This document shows positions 35,956-44,664 of a stretch of 64,000 bases of DNA, piece by piece. Source of the DNA: an uncultured delta proteobacterium. Lineage in GTDB: Bacteria > Desulfobacterota > Desulfobacteria > Desulfobacterales > B30-G6. The stretch covers positions 32,385-96,384 of the forward strand of contig CAVOZW010000007.1 of the NCBI GenBank assembly GCA_963701385.1, written 5' to 3'. Within the stretch, counting starts at the first letter, position 1. Every line of letters starts with the position of its first letter. Below the pieces are notes generated by a model. That model was not told the DNA's origin, searched no databases, and saw only the letters and a list, made by a program, of their open reading frames with translations. The translations under genes and the position numbers were made by a program.

Positions 35956-37146
35956 CTAAGTAGCCGGATTAGATGGGAACTCCTTTGAAAGCAGGTAGGC
36001 CAGGGGCAGCGTGGTAAGGGCTGTCAAACCGATAACGACAACGGTCAAGGCCACCCCTGCCGCGTCACTGAGCAAACCGAATACCGGTGGACCCAGGGCC
36101 GCCCCGATGATAATCGCCGTGTAAAACAAACCAAAAACACGCGGCGTATGGGTCGCTGAAACAAAATCGGCCACCGTCCCGTATAGCACGGATGAGGTCC
36201 CGTTCAGCACGATTCCGAGCAATGGCAGGAAGACATAAATGCCAGACAGCGACGCCCCATAGAGGTATATGATCCCCAAACCGGTAATGCCTTCGGTGAT
36301 GGTTATGGACGGGATGATACCGATTTTTTCAGCCAGAATGCCACAGATAAACTTTCCGAATGCCCCGCCAATAAAAAGCAAAGACAGGGCCAGACCGGTG
36401 GATTCCATGGGCATACCCTTGCCGATGAGCAAGAACGGCAGAAAGGTAATCAGCGTGGAGCGAACGGCCGTATCGATAAATCCGATGCTCGCTAAGGTCA
36501 AAAAAGCCTTTTTGTTTTCGATTCCCCACCCGCTGAATTTCTCATACGCCCGGCCTGTCTCGATATCCATGCCGCCGAAATGATTTCTGCGCAACAGTCC
36601 ATAAAGACCCAGCGTCATTACAAGGCCAAAAAGACCATACCCAAAACAGAGAACGCGCCAGCCGGTAATGGATAAAACTACGGCTGCGACAACCGGGAAA
36701 AGAAATTTTCCCATATCACCGGTGAAGTTATAGGTCCCCAGAGCGATGCGACGGTTGCCATGCGCATAGGCCTTGGATATCATCGATGAAGCCAGGGGAT
36801 GCTGCACCCCGGCACCCAGCCCGCCGATGATGAGAAGGGCACACAGGACGTAGATGTTGCGGCTGAAAGCGATCCCCATGAAGCTTACGGTCGTGACAAA
36901 GGTACCGAGCGTCAGCAGTCTGCGTTCACCGTAGCGTTCCCCCAGAAAGCCCGCCGGTATCTGAAACAAGGCCGTGGCACCTTCGAAACAGGTAATGATC
37001 AAGCCCACCTGCGTAAGAGAAAGCTGGAAAGCCATTTTCCAGAAAGGCAGCAGCACGGCCAGCCCGTCTGCAATACTGTCGTGGAAGATATGGAAAAGGC
37101 ACCCGCTGACGAGAATTTTTCTTTTACGGGAATTTTGGGTTGTCAT
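35956..37146 (-). CDS. MFS transporter
   Basis: 396 aa, 12 predicted helices, with a GERYGERRLL-type loop between TM2 and TM3. Confidence 0.85.
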   Translation of the reverse strand: MTTQNSRKRKILVSGCLFHIFHDSIADGLAVLLPFWKMAFQLSLTQVGLIITCFEGATALFQIPAGFLGERYGERRLLTLGTFVTTVSFMGIAFSRNIYVLCALLIIGGLGAGVQHPLASSMISKAYAHGNRRIALGTYNFTGDMGKFLFPVVAAVVLSITGWRVLCFGYGLFGLVMTLGLYGLLRRNHFGGMDIETGRAYEKFSGWGIENKKAFLTLASIGFIDTAVRSTLITFLPFLLIGKGMPMESTGLALSLLFIGGAFGKFICGILAEKIGIIPSITITEGITGLGIIYLYGASLSGIYVFLPLLGIVLNGTSSVLYGTVADFVSATHTPRVFGLFYTAIIIGAALGPPVFGLLSDAAGVALTVVVIGLTALTTLPLAYLLSKEFPSNPAT

Positions 37147-37273
37147 AAATCCTGCCGTATCCTGATAATGTCCCGAAATTAAACCGCAGGGAACATATCA
37201 CAACAGCGTAGGAATTTGCTATAAGTATGTTTTGCATAAAACAATGCATACATAATTACGAATGAACGTCGAA

Positions 37274-37317
37274 CTGCGAATGGTCCGCAACACAGCGGAT
37301 GCAGTAAGATCGCTGCA
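37274..37317. repeat. 44-bp direct repeat, copy 1
   Basis: actgcgaatggtccgcaacacagcggatgcagtaagatcgctgc is identical to 37422-37465. Confidence 0.9.
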
Positions 37318-37421
37318 GACTAGGCCATTCTGAAAGAATTGGAAAGAAAATTACTTGAATTTTTCACGAAGCGAGGTTGCTGCAGACGCAAGGCGTCGGA
37401 CCATGAAGCCGTAGTAAGTCT

Positions 37422-37465
37422 ACTGCGAATGGTCCGCAACACAGCGGATGCAGTAAGATCGCTGC
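37422..37465. repeat. 44-bp direct repeat, copy 2
   Basis: Identical 44-mer, 12 nt downstream of the moaA stop. The upstream GGACCAT (37398-37404) can pair with ATGGTCC inside this copy. Confidence 0.9.
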
Positions 37466-37476
37466 GTGAAAAAGGC

Positions 37477-38463
37477 TTATCCGCCGATACCCGACATGGG
37501 GTCGTGAACCCGTAAAGGGCTGCCCGGGGCAAAATGGTGGGACGCGTGTTTATACTGTACCGCACGAAAAAAGACGGCTTTCAATTCATCGTCACTGCAG
37601 CCGCGCCTCAAAGGACCTCTAATATCCAGCTGTTTATCGGAAAGCAGACAGGGACGAAGCTGCCCATTGGCTGTCAAGCGTAAGCGATTACACGTATGGC
37701 AGAAGTGTTGACTCATGGCTTGAATAAACCCGATCTCGCCCCTGGCGCCCTTGATACGATATCGCTGGGCCGGGCCATCCATATGTTTCCTCGTAACCGG
37801 GACCAGATCACCCAAAGGGCTGAGACAGGTCTTTATATCGGGCGTTAGAATATAATCACTGCTGTTCATCTGGGCGTTTCCAATGGGCATGTATTCGATG
37901 AAGCGGATGTGAAACGGGTATGTCAAGGAAAGCTTGGCCAGATCCACAAATTCATCGTCGTTGTATCCCCTCAGGGCGACCACATTCAACTTGATGGGAT
38001 CAAACCCGTGTGCATAGGCCTTTTCGATGCCTGCCCACACCTGGTCAAAAAGGTCATATCCTGTGATGTGTTTGAATTTTTCGCGATTCAAGGTGTCCAG
38101 GCTGATATTGATGCGCTTGATGCCGGCGGTCTCAATTTTTTCGATATTCTCGGCCAGCATCACGCCGTTGGTGGTAAGAGAAATGTCGGACAACCCATCG
38201 ATGGCGACCAGTTCCTCTAAAAATTCGTAAACACCTTTTCGCATGAGGGGTTCGCCGCCGGTCAGCCGAACCTTTGAAATACCCAGACGCACGCCAAGCC
38301 TGACAACCCGCAGGATTTCTTCGTAGCGTAGGATATCATCGTGGGGCAGCTTTGGAACCAAGCCCCCCGGCGCACAATACAAACAGCGCAGGTTACACCT
38401 GTCCGTAATGGATATACGCAGGTAGTTCAGATGGCGATTGTATTTGTCGATCAGTTCAGGCAT
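37477..38463 (-). CDS. moaA: GTP 3',8-cyclase MoaA (radical SAM, molybdenum cofactor biosynthesis)
   Basis: LRISITDRCNLRCLYCAP radical-SAM motif. C-terminal CxxCxnC (CHTCNRLRLTANGQLRPC). Ends with the GG tail. Confidence 0.9.
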   Translation of the reverse strand: MPELIDKYNRHLNYLRISITDRCNLRCLYCAPGGLVPKLPHDDILRYEEILRVVRLGVRLGISKVRLTGGEPLMRKGVYEFLEELVAIDGLSDISLTTNGVMLAENIEKIETAGIKRINISLDTLNREKFKHITGYDLFDQVWAGIEKAYAHGFDPIKLNVVALRGYNDDEFVDLAKLSLTYPFHIRFIEYMPIGNAQMNSSDYILTPDIKTCLSPLGDLVPVTRKHMDGPAQRYRIKGARGEIGFIQAMSQHFCHTCNRLRLTANGQLRPCLLSDKQLDIRGPLRRGCSDDELKAVFFRAVQYKHASHHFAPGSPLRVHDPMSGIGG

Positions 38464-38508
38464 TGTTCAAATTTATTTCAACCGTCTTACAGTCTTTGGC
38501 CTAAAAGC

Positions 38509-40035
38509 CTATGGCTTATAATAATCTATCAAAGTTTCCACCAGACCGGGAATGGTGTAGGTGTCGGCAACCAGATGAACATCGAATCCCAGATCCCTGG
38601 CCGTTTCCGCCGTAATGGGTCCAATGCAGGCAACGGTCACGGATGTCAGTAGCTGTTTAAAGGAAGCTTCCGGTATGAGATTCTTGAAATTTTTAACCGT
38701 GGAAGAACTGGTAAAGGTTATACAGTCGATACGTTGCTCCGTCAAGTGCCTCAGGAGGGTTGCCGTGTTATCCTCCGCAATCCGGGTGACATAGACCGGA
38801 ATCTCGTCCACCACCGCACCCATTCTGATCAACGCTTGCGGAAGGATGGGCCTGGCCTCGCTGGCGCGCGGAAGCAGAATTTTCTTCCCCGTGATCTCTT
38901 GATCTTCGAACGCGTCCACCACCGACTCCGCACGATAGGACTCGGGCAACATATCACAAGTAAAGCCAAAATCCTTCAGGCGCTGTTTCGTGGCAGGACC
39001 AATACACGCGGTCCGGATATGGTGAAGCGCGCGCACATCCTTCCCGAGGGCATAAAGACGCTTGAAAAAGAATCCCACCCCGTTCACGCTCGTAAATACC
39101 AGCCAGTGGTAATCCCTTAGGTGCTGGATGGCCTGGTCCAAAGGTGCCCAGTCGTCCGGCGGAGCAATCTGGATGGTAGGGCACTCCAGGCAATCCGCTC
39201 CCGCAGCGCTCAAGAGCTGTAGCAAATCACTGGCCTGCTCCCTTGCCCGGGTCACGACGATACGCTTCCCCATGAGAGGTCTGTTCTCGAACCACTGCAT
39301 GGTTTCCCTCAGTTCCACCACATCGCCCACCACGATAATGGCCGGTGCTTTGAGACCGGCCGCTTCGACTTTTTGGACGATGTTGCCGAGGGTGCCGGTA
39401 AGCGTTTCCTGCCGTGTGGTCGTGCCCCATCGAATAAGGGCAATCAAGGTCTCAGATGACATGCCGTGCCGGGTAAGCTGCTCGACGATGCGGGGCAGGT
39501 TCTTGACGCCCATAAGAAAGACAAGGGTACCGATACCGGTGGCCAGAGCCTGCCAGTCGATACGCGAAGATGCTTTTTGCGGGTCTTCATGTCCGGTAAT
39601 AAACGCCAGGGTAGAGGTGTATTTTCTGTGGGTCAGCGGGATGCCGGCATATGCCGGGGCTGCCACGGCCGAGGTCACACCCGGTACAATGTCGAAAGAA
39701 ATGCCGGCTTCTATGAGTGCTTCCACCTCTTCGCCGCCCCGTCCGAAAATAAACGGATCGCCGCCTTTGAGCCGCGTCACTGTCAGGCCTTTGCCGGCCT
39801 TTTCCACCAGCAGTTGGTTGATTTCGTGCTGCTTCAGGGTGTGGTCTCCGCCCTTTTTGCCCACATAAATACAATCGGCCCCCTCTCGGGCGTATGCCAG
39901 CAGGGACGAAGATGCCAAGTAGTCGTAAACCAGCACATCAGCTTTTTCGATGCAGGTTTTTCCTTTGAGGGTAATGAGTCCCGGATCTCCAGGGCCTGCA
40001 CCCACCAGAAAGACATGTCCGGTTGTTTTTTTCAT
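38509..40035 (-). CDS. cobA-hemD: fused uroporphyrinogen-III C-methyltransferase / uroporphyrinogen-III synthase
   Basis: N-terminal SUMT signature VFLVGAGPGDPGLITLKG...VTRLKGGDPFIFGRGGEE. The C-terminal ~250 aa is HemD-like. 508 aa. Confidence 0.9.
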   Translation of the reverse strand: MKKTTGHVFLVGAGPGDPGLITLKGKTCIEKADVLVYDYLASSSLLAYAREGADCIYVGKKGGDHTLKQHEINQLLVEKAGKGLTVTRLKGGDPFIFGRGGEEVEALIEAGISFDIVPGVTSAVAAPAYAGIPLTHRKYTSTLAFITGHEDPQKASSRIDWQALATGIGTLVFLMGVKNLPRIVEQLTRHGMSSETLIALIRWGTTTRQETLTGTLGNIVQKVEAAGLKAPAIIVVGDVVELRETMQWFENRPLMGKRIVVTRAREQASDLLQLLSAAGADCLECPTIQIAPPDDWAPLDQAIQHLRDYHWLVFTSVNGVGFFFKRLYALGKDVRALHHIRTACIGPATKQRLKDFGFTCDMLPESYRAESVVDAFEDQEITGKKILLPRASEARPILPQALIRMGAVVDEIPVYVTRIAEDNTATLLRHLTEQRIDCITFTSSSTVKNFKNLIPEASFKQLLTSVTVACIGPITAETARDLGFDVHLVADTYTIPGLVETLIDYYKP

Positions 40036-40961
40036 TGGCCTTCGTGTTGTAGTTTTTCTATGATGATCATTGCACCCTGGCCCATCAGTTTCTCTGCCAG
40101 TTCGGTCCCGATGGCTATCGATGACGCCTCCGGACCCGCAAGTTCGGCTCTAAACACCTGACTGCCGTCAGGCTCTGCAACCAAACCGCTCAGTTCAAAG
40201 CGCCCATTTTCAACCCTGCCGTGGGCCGCGATGGGAACCTGGCAGCTGCCTCCGAGCCGATGCAGAAAAGCCCGTTCCCCCAGGACCACCGTGCGGGTCT
40301 CGGCATGATCCAGGCCCGCCACCAGTGCGCGTGTCTTTTCATCCCCTGTTCTGACCTCGATGCACAGAGCACCCTGCCCGGCTGCCGGCAGCATGATATG
40401 GCTGTCTAAGTATTCCGTAATGCGGTCTTCCAGTCCCAGCCGCCGAATGCCTGCGGCGGCAAGCACGATGGCATGCATGTCTCCGCTGTCGAGTTTTCTC
40501 AGACGGGTATCCAGGTTGCCCCGCAGGGAGTTTATACAGACATCCGGTCTGGCGGACAATAGTTGCGATGCACGACGCAGGCTGCTGGTGCCGATGCGAG
40601 CGCCATTCGGGAGATCCGCCAGGGGCCCTCTTTTTGACACCAGGACATCCTGAGGGTTGTCTCTTTTGGGGATGGCACCGATGGCTAAACCCCTGGGCAT
40701 TTCTGCCGGCATATCTTTCATGCTGTGAACCGCCAGGTCGATCTTTCCCGCCAAGAGCGCATCCTCGATCTCTTTCACAAAAAGTCCCTTGCCGCCCACT
40801 TTTGCCAAGGGGACATCCAGAATCTTGTCTCCTTTTGTTTTGATGACCATGATTTGAACGGACAAGGTAGGATGGGCTTTCAGAAGTTCCGATTGGACCC
40901 ACTTGGCCTGCCACAGTGCCAGCTTGCTTCCCCGTGTACCAATATGCAGGTTCCCGTCCAT
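40032..40961 (-). CDS. hemC: hydroxymethylbilane synthase (porphobilinogen deaminase)
   Basis: MDGNLHIGTRGSKLALWQA...GNLDTRLRKL...AAGQGALCIE. ATG 40961 overlaps the stop of the upstream zinc-ribbon gene (TGATG). Confidence 0.9.
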   Translation of the reverse strand: MDGNLHIGTRGSKLALWQAKWVQSELLKAHPTLSVQIMVIKTKGDKILDVPLAKVGGKGLFVKEIEDALLAGKIDLAVHSMKDMPAEMPRGLAIGAIPKRDNPQDVLVSKRGPLADLPNGARIGTSSLRRASQLLSARPDVCINSLRGNLDTRLRKLDSGDMHAIVLAAAGIRRLGLEDRITEYLDSHIMLPAAGQGALCIEVRTGDEKTRALVAGLDHAETRTVVLGERAFLHRLGGSCQVPIAAHGRVENGRFELSGLVAEPDGSQVFRAELAGPEASSIAIGTELAEKLMGQGAMIIIEKLQHEGQ

Positions 40962-41191
40962 CAATGACCACAAGTTGCACAACTCGTTGCCGCACACCCG
41001 CCACATGAGGATGCAGACGCGGAAGCGCGGGTTGTTTCTCCAGCACCTCCCTTGCTGATAAATCCGCAGGAAGACATGAGGCGGGTCACCTTTTTGCTGT
41101 CGCAGGAAGGACAGTTCGGCGCCTCGGCGCCAAAAACCAGCTTTTCAAAACTCTTATTACAGTCCTCGCAACAGTATTCGTATATCGGCAT
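40961..41191 (-). CDS. FmdB-family zinc-ribbon protein (76 aa)
   Basis: MPIYEYCCEDCNKSFEKLVFGAEAPNCPSCDSKKVTRLMS carries the CxxC...CxxC signature of the FmdB family. Cys/Gly/Ala-rich tail. GGAGA SD. The longer track ORF is not credible. Confidence 0.7.
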   Translation of the reverse strand: MPIYEYCCEDCNKSFEKLVFGAEAPNCPSCDSKKVTRLMSSCGFISKGGAGETTRASASASSCGGCAATSCATCGH

Positions 41192-41221
41192 GGGGGGTTC
41201 TCCTTGTCTTGATTGATCTAC

Positions 41222-41330
41222 AAACCGCGTGCTCGGCACGCGGTTTAAAACCTGAACTTGCGGAGACGTGCCGTCTCCTATGTCTTGCCCCCATTTTGGG
41301 GGAAATCCAAGCCACCCGTATAACGGGTGG
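41222..41330. other. cluster of four perfect hairpins in the intergenic region upstream of the FmdB-like gene
   Basis: AAACCGCGTGC-tcg-GCACGCGGTTT (41222-41246). GGAGACG-tgc-CGTCTCC (41262-41278). CCCCCA-ttt-TGGGGG (41288-41302). CCACCCG-tataa-CGGGTGG (41312-41330). Confidence 0.8.
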
Positions 41331-41441
41331 TAGTTGACTGCGTCGGTTTTGATAGTAATCACCCGGTCATCAAAGTCAACCGACAGCGCCATTCTGCACT
41401 GACCCGAACATCTCATGAAACTTGACGACTGAAACAGGAAG

Positions 41442-42812
41442 CTATTGCGCCTGACAATCTGCACATTTGCTGTCTAGGTGTTCACGCACCATGGCCAGCT
41501 CCGATTCGGCAGGATAACCCAGGTCCAGGGCTTTGGCAAAGGCTGAAAGCGCTTTTTCGGCCTGTTCCTGACGGAAGTAAACCTTTCCCAGGCGGAATTG
41601 AAACAAACTGTTCTCGGGAGACATCTCGACGGCTTTCTCGCAGAACAGGGTCGAGATCTCAGGGTTTTCCGCTTTTTCGTCATAGAGAGCGCCCAAGGCT
41701 GACAAAGCACAGGCGTCTGTCGGATTCTTTTTTATCGTTGTTTCATAATGGGTCACCGCTTCATCGGTCATGTGCAGCGCTTCACAGCACTCAGCCAGGT
41801 GAAGGTAGGCGATCCAGGATTCCGGCTGCAAGCAGATTGCCCTTTCCAAATACCTCTTTGCCGCATCCAAGTCACCGCGATCCAGATACAGCTTGCCTAT
41901 TTGAAAAATGACTTCGAAGACATCTTCCCCTGTGGCCTCCGCCTCTTGATAACACCTCAAGGCATCTTCTGTCTGATTCAGCATACAGTGCACATAACCG
42001 GCATTGTAAAGGGCCATGACCTCGTGCGGATCGATCCGGGTGGCCGCCCTAAAGGCTGCGAGTGCTTCTGCAAGTTTCCCCTCTACCCCATAACAAACAC
42101 CCAGACTATTGAGGACATTGACATTCCCCGGATCCAATTTCTGGGCGGCTTTGAGTTCTTCAATGGCGCCCGACACATCCCCTTTCTGATACAATTCGTC
42201 CCCGCTGATATTCAAACTGACGGCATCGAACAGAACGGCACTGTTAGCGCCGAAAAAGGATGCATGGGTCAGCGCCTTTAGGGCATTGGCGAACACGTCC
42301 TCTTTTCCAAAAATACCCGTTGGATAGGAAGCAACACCGATGGAAACCGAACCATTGCCAAGCCCGTTGACTCTGTCCTGAATATTTTCCGCCAGCTGCA
42401 GGGTGTCGGTACCGTTCTTTCCGGGGAAAAAACATCCCAGCAAATCTGCCTGGACCGGCCCCCAGGTGCCATTCTCCCTCCTGCAAAAGTCATCAACCAG
42501 GCGGCTGATGCCCAGAATGGGGACCGTTTGGTCGTGGCCATCGGAATCTTGAGGGTTCAGGCCGTCGTCCATACGGACAATCATACCGCCAAAACATGAG
42601 ACGTTCTGCATCTGTTCCAGGGCATGGCGCTGGAACGCCTGGCCACAAAAAATCTCCGGGAAAGCCTCTTGTACGGCTTCAATGGATCCGTGACCGATAA
42701 AAGTCGCCTGCCCTTTGTCTAATGCGGCTGCAGGTGGATTGAAAAGGAAGTGGCGGGTTGTCCCGCGTTCGGAAAAAAGGGTCGCTTTGTTCTTGTCTGT
42801 TCTTGGTGTCAC
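41442..42812 (-). CDS. TPR-repeat protein with N-terminal degenerate GGDEF-like domain
   Basis: The N-terminal half has GGDEF-fold spacing, but the active-site position reads ADLLGCFF instead of GGDEF/GGEEF. The C-terminal half has about 6 TPR units (ALNSLGVCYG..., AIFQIGKLYLDRGD...). Confidence 0.65.
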   Translation of the reverse strand: MTPRTDKNKATLFSERGTTRHFLFNPPAAALDKGQATFIGHGSIEAVQEAFPEIFCGQAFQRHALEQMQNVSCFGGMIVRMDDGLNPQDSDGHDQTVPILGISRLVDDFCRRENGTWGPVQADLLGCFFPGKNGTDTLQLAENIQDRVNGLGNGSVSIGVASYPTGIFGKEDVFANALKALTHASFFGANSAVLFDAVSLNISGDELYQKGDVSGAIEELKAAQKLDPGNVNVLNSLGVCYGVEGKLAEALAAFRAATRIDPHEVMALYNAGYVHCMLNQTEDALRCYQEAEATGEDVFEVIFQIGKLYLDRGDLDAAKRYLERAICLQPESWIAYLHLAECCEALHMTDEAVTHYETTIKKNPTDACALSALGALYDEKAENPEISTLFCEKAVEMSPENSLFQFRLGKVYFRQEQAEKALSAFAKALDLGYPAESELAMVREHLDSKCADCQAQ

Positions 42813-42972
42813 GTTGGTATCACTCTTTCACCTGCTTCAAATGGTCTTTGTAAGGTTCGTTTCATTCGATGTTCGACGTTTACCGTTATGAAATCATCAT
42901 ACAAGATCCTGTATTCCTCCTGGAAGCGATTAATCCCAGAGCCGGCCATCTCTGACCAAGCTCAGCTGGGGG

Positions 42973-44394
42973 TCACAGCGCTCTAAGCAACTGCTCAAAA
43001 GCCTCTGTTATGACATCCAGTTCCTTCTCCTGGATGGTCCGCACATCCATCATGAAAAAACCGTTTTCAATTCTGCCGATAATCGGCGGCGTAATCTCCC
43101 GCATCCATCTGTCGATGCGGTTCGCTGATACGTTCTGTATCTTGACACCCACACATCTGCTAGGCAGTTTCAGCAAGGGCAAAGAACCGCCCCCGGCCCG
43201 GGAGGTGGCATCAAAGGATTGTACCTCGAGCCTCTCATTCTTGCGATCTTTCAACTGCGTCATCAATCTTTCGGCTTTGCTTTGAATGATCGCTTCCGGT
43301 GTGGTCAGCATTCTCAAGGTCGGAATCCTGCTCAATGCGGTTGCTTCATCACGGTAGAGGCGCAGGGTGCTCTCGAGCGCAGCCAGGGTCAATTTGTCGA
43401 TCCGGAGGGCCCGGGTGATGGGATTCTGTTTGATCCTGTGGAGCATCTCCCTGGTACCGGCAATCACGCCCGTCTGGGGACCGCCAAGGAGTTTGTCGCC
43501 GCTGAAGGTTACCACGTCCACGCCGGTGGATACCGAGGATTGAACGGTCGGCTCTTTCAGGAGTCCATATCGAGAGAGATCGATGAATGTCCCGCTGCCG
43601 AGATCTTCCATGACCGGCACATGATATTTTTCTCCAAGTGTGACAAGCTCTCCTAACGATACACCGGCGGTGAAGCCCACCACGCTGTAGTTGCTGGTGT
43701 GGACCTTCAACAGGAGCCCGGTGTTATCATCGATGGCGCTTTCATAATCCTGCAGATGGGTTCGATTCGTGGTTCCGACTTCCCTTAAAACGGCCCCACT
43801 TTTTGCCATGACATCCGGAATCCGGAAGGATCCGCCGATCTCCACCAATTCCCCCCGTGAGACAATGACATTTTTGCCCTTTGCAATCGTCTCCAGGCAC
43901 AATAGGACAGCCCCTGCATTGTTGTTGACAACCATAGCGGCTTGGGCCCGGCTAATCTCGCAGATAAGGTCTTCGACACTGCTGTATCGGGATCCACGCT
44001 GGCCGGACTTCAGGTCAAATTCCAGATTGGAGTATCCTCCACCAATTTTCTGCAGATTTTGCAGCGCTTCTTCTGCCAGCAGCGAACGACCCAGGTTGGT
44101 GTGAATCACAACGCCGGTGGCATTGATTACCTGTTTCAGATTCGGCATCATGGCCGATGTGACCTGCGTCTTGATCCGCGGCAGTATAGATGCTCGGGAA
44201 AACGCTTCCCCGGACAGTTCTGTCTTCGAATCTAGAATCTTGGCCCTCAACATATCGATGACAGACCGGGCCGTATTCACCTGGATGGATCTGGGAACGT
44301 CCGCAAAAAATGGATCGTCCTTGAACCATTCAAGAATGCGGTCAACACCGGGAAGCAATCGCAACAGGCCCTGTTTGTCGAATGTTTCTTTCAT
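42973..44394 (-). CDS. selA: L-seryl-tRNA(Sec) selenium transferase
   Basis: 473 aa with N-terminal LLRLLPGVDRIL, the PLP-lysine block TFSGDKLLGGPQTG, and SelA-typical length and layout. Confidence 0.9.
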   Translation of the reverse strand: MKETFDKQGLLRLLPGVDRILEWFKDDPFFADVPRSIQVNTARSVIDMLRAKILDSKTELSGEAFSRASILPRIKTQVTSAMMPNLKQVINATGVVIHTNLGRSLLAEEALQNLQKIGGGYSNLEFDLKSGQRGSRYSSVEDLICEISRAQAAMVVNNNAGAVLLCLETIAKGKNVIVSRGELVEIGGSFRIPDVMAKSGAVLREVGTTNRTHLQDYESAIDDNTGLLLKVHTSNYSVVGFTAGVSLGELVTLGEKYHVPVMEDLGSGTFIDLSRYGLLKEPTVQSSVSTGVDVVTFSGDKLLGGPQTGVIAGTREMLHRIKQNPITRALRIDKLTLAALESTLRLYRDEATALSRIPTLRMLTTPEAIIQSKAERLMTQLKDRKNERLEVQSFDATSRAGGGSLPLLKLPSRCVGVKIQNVSANRIDRWMREITPPIIGRIENGFFMMDVRTIQEKELDVITEAFEQLLRAL

Positions 44395-44664
44395 GGGTGA
44401 CTCTTTTCAAGCCCGACGGGCAAGGATCTTAAATTTGATTTGATTTTGACCCTCACGACTTGGCGTACGCGTCAAATTCAGATTTTAAGTGGGTATCATT
44501 ATCGTATTTTGTCTTAAAATTCAAGGTTCCTGTTCACGCGTCGGCAGGTTTCACCTGACAGGTCCCAGAGAATGTGGTATTGAAGCCTTGAGTTTAAGCT
44601 GTAGGCATCAAGCTTGCTGACCGCTTATGGCTGACAGCTAACAGCCGAGCAAAGGACCCCATCC

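Noticed and set aside
37274-37465. Possible CRISPR array, given the identical 44-bp direct repeats.
   Set aside because: There are only two copies, the ~104-bp spacer is far longer than CRISPR spacers, and no cas genes are in the window. The repeats resemble other dispersed intergenic repeats.
42813-44664. Expected tRNA-Sec (selC) or selB next to selA.
   Set aside because: The flanking spacers (42813-42972 and 44395-44664) contain no cloverleaf-like sequence that I can fold. The neighbours are unrelated genes. No in-frame-TGA split ORFs suggesting selenoproteins were seen in the window.
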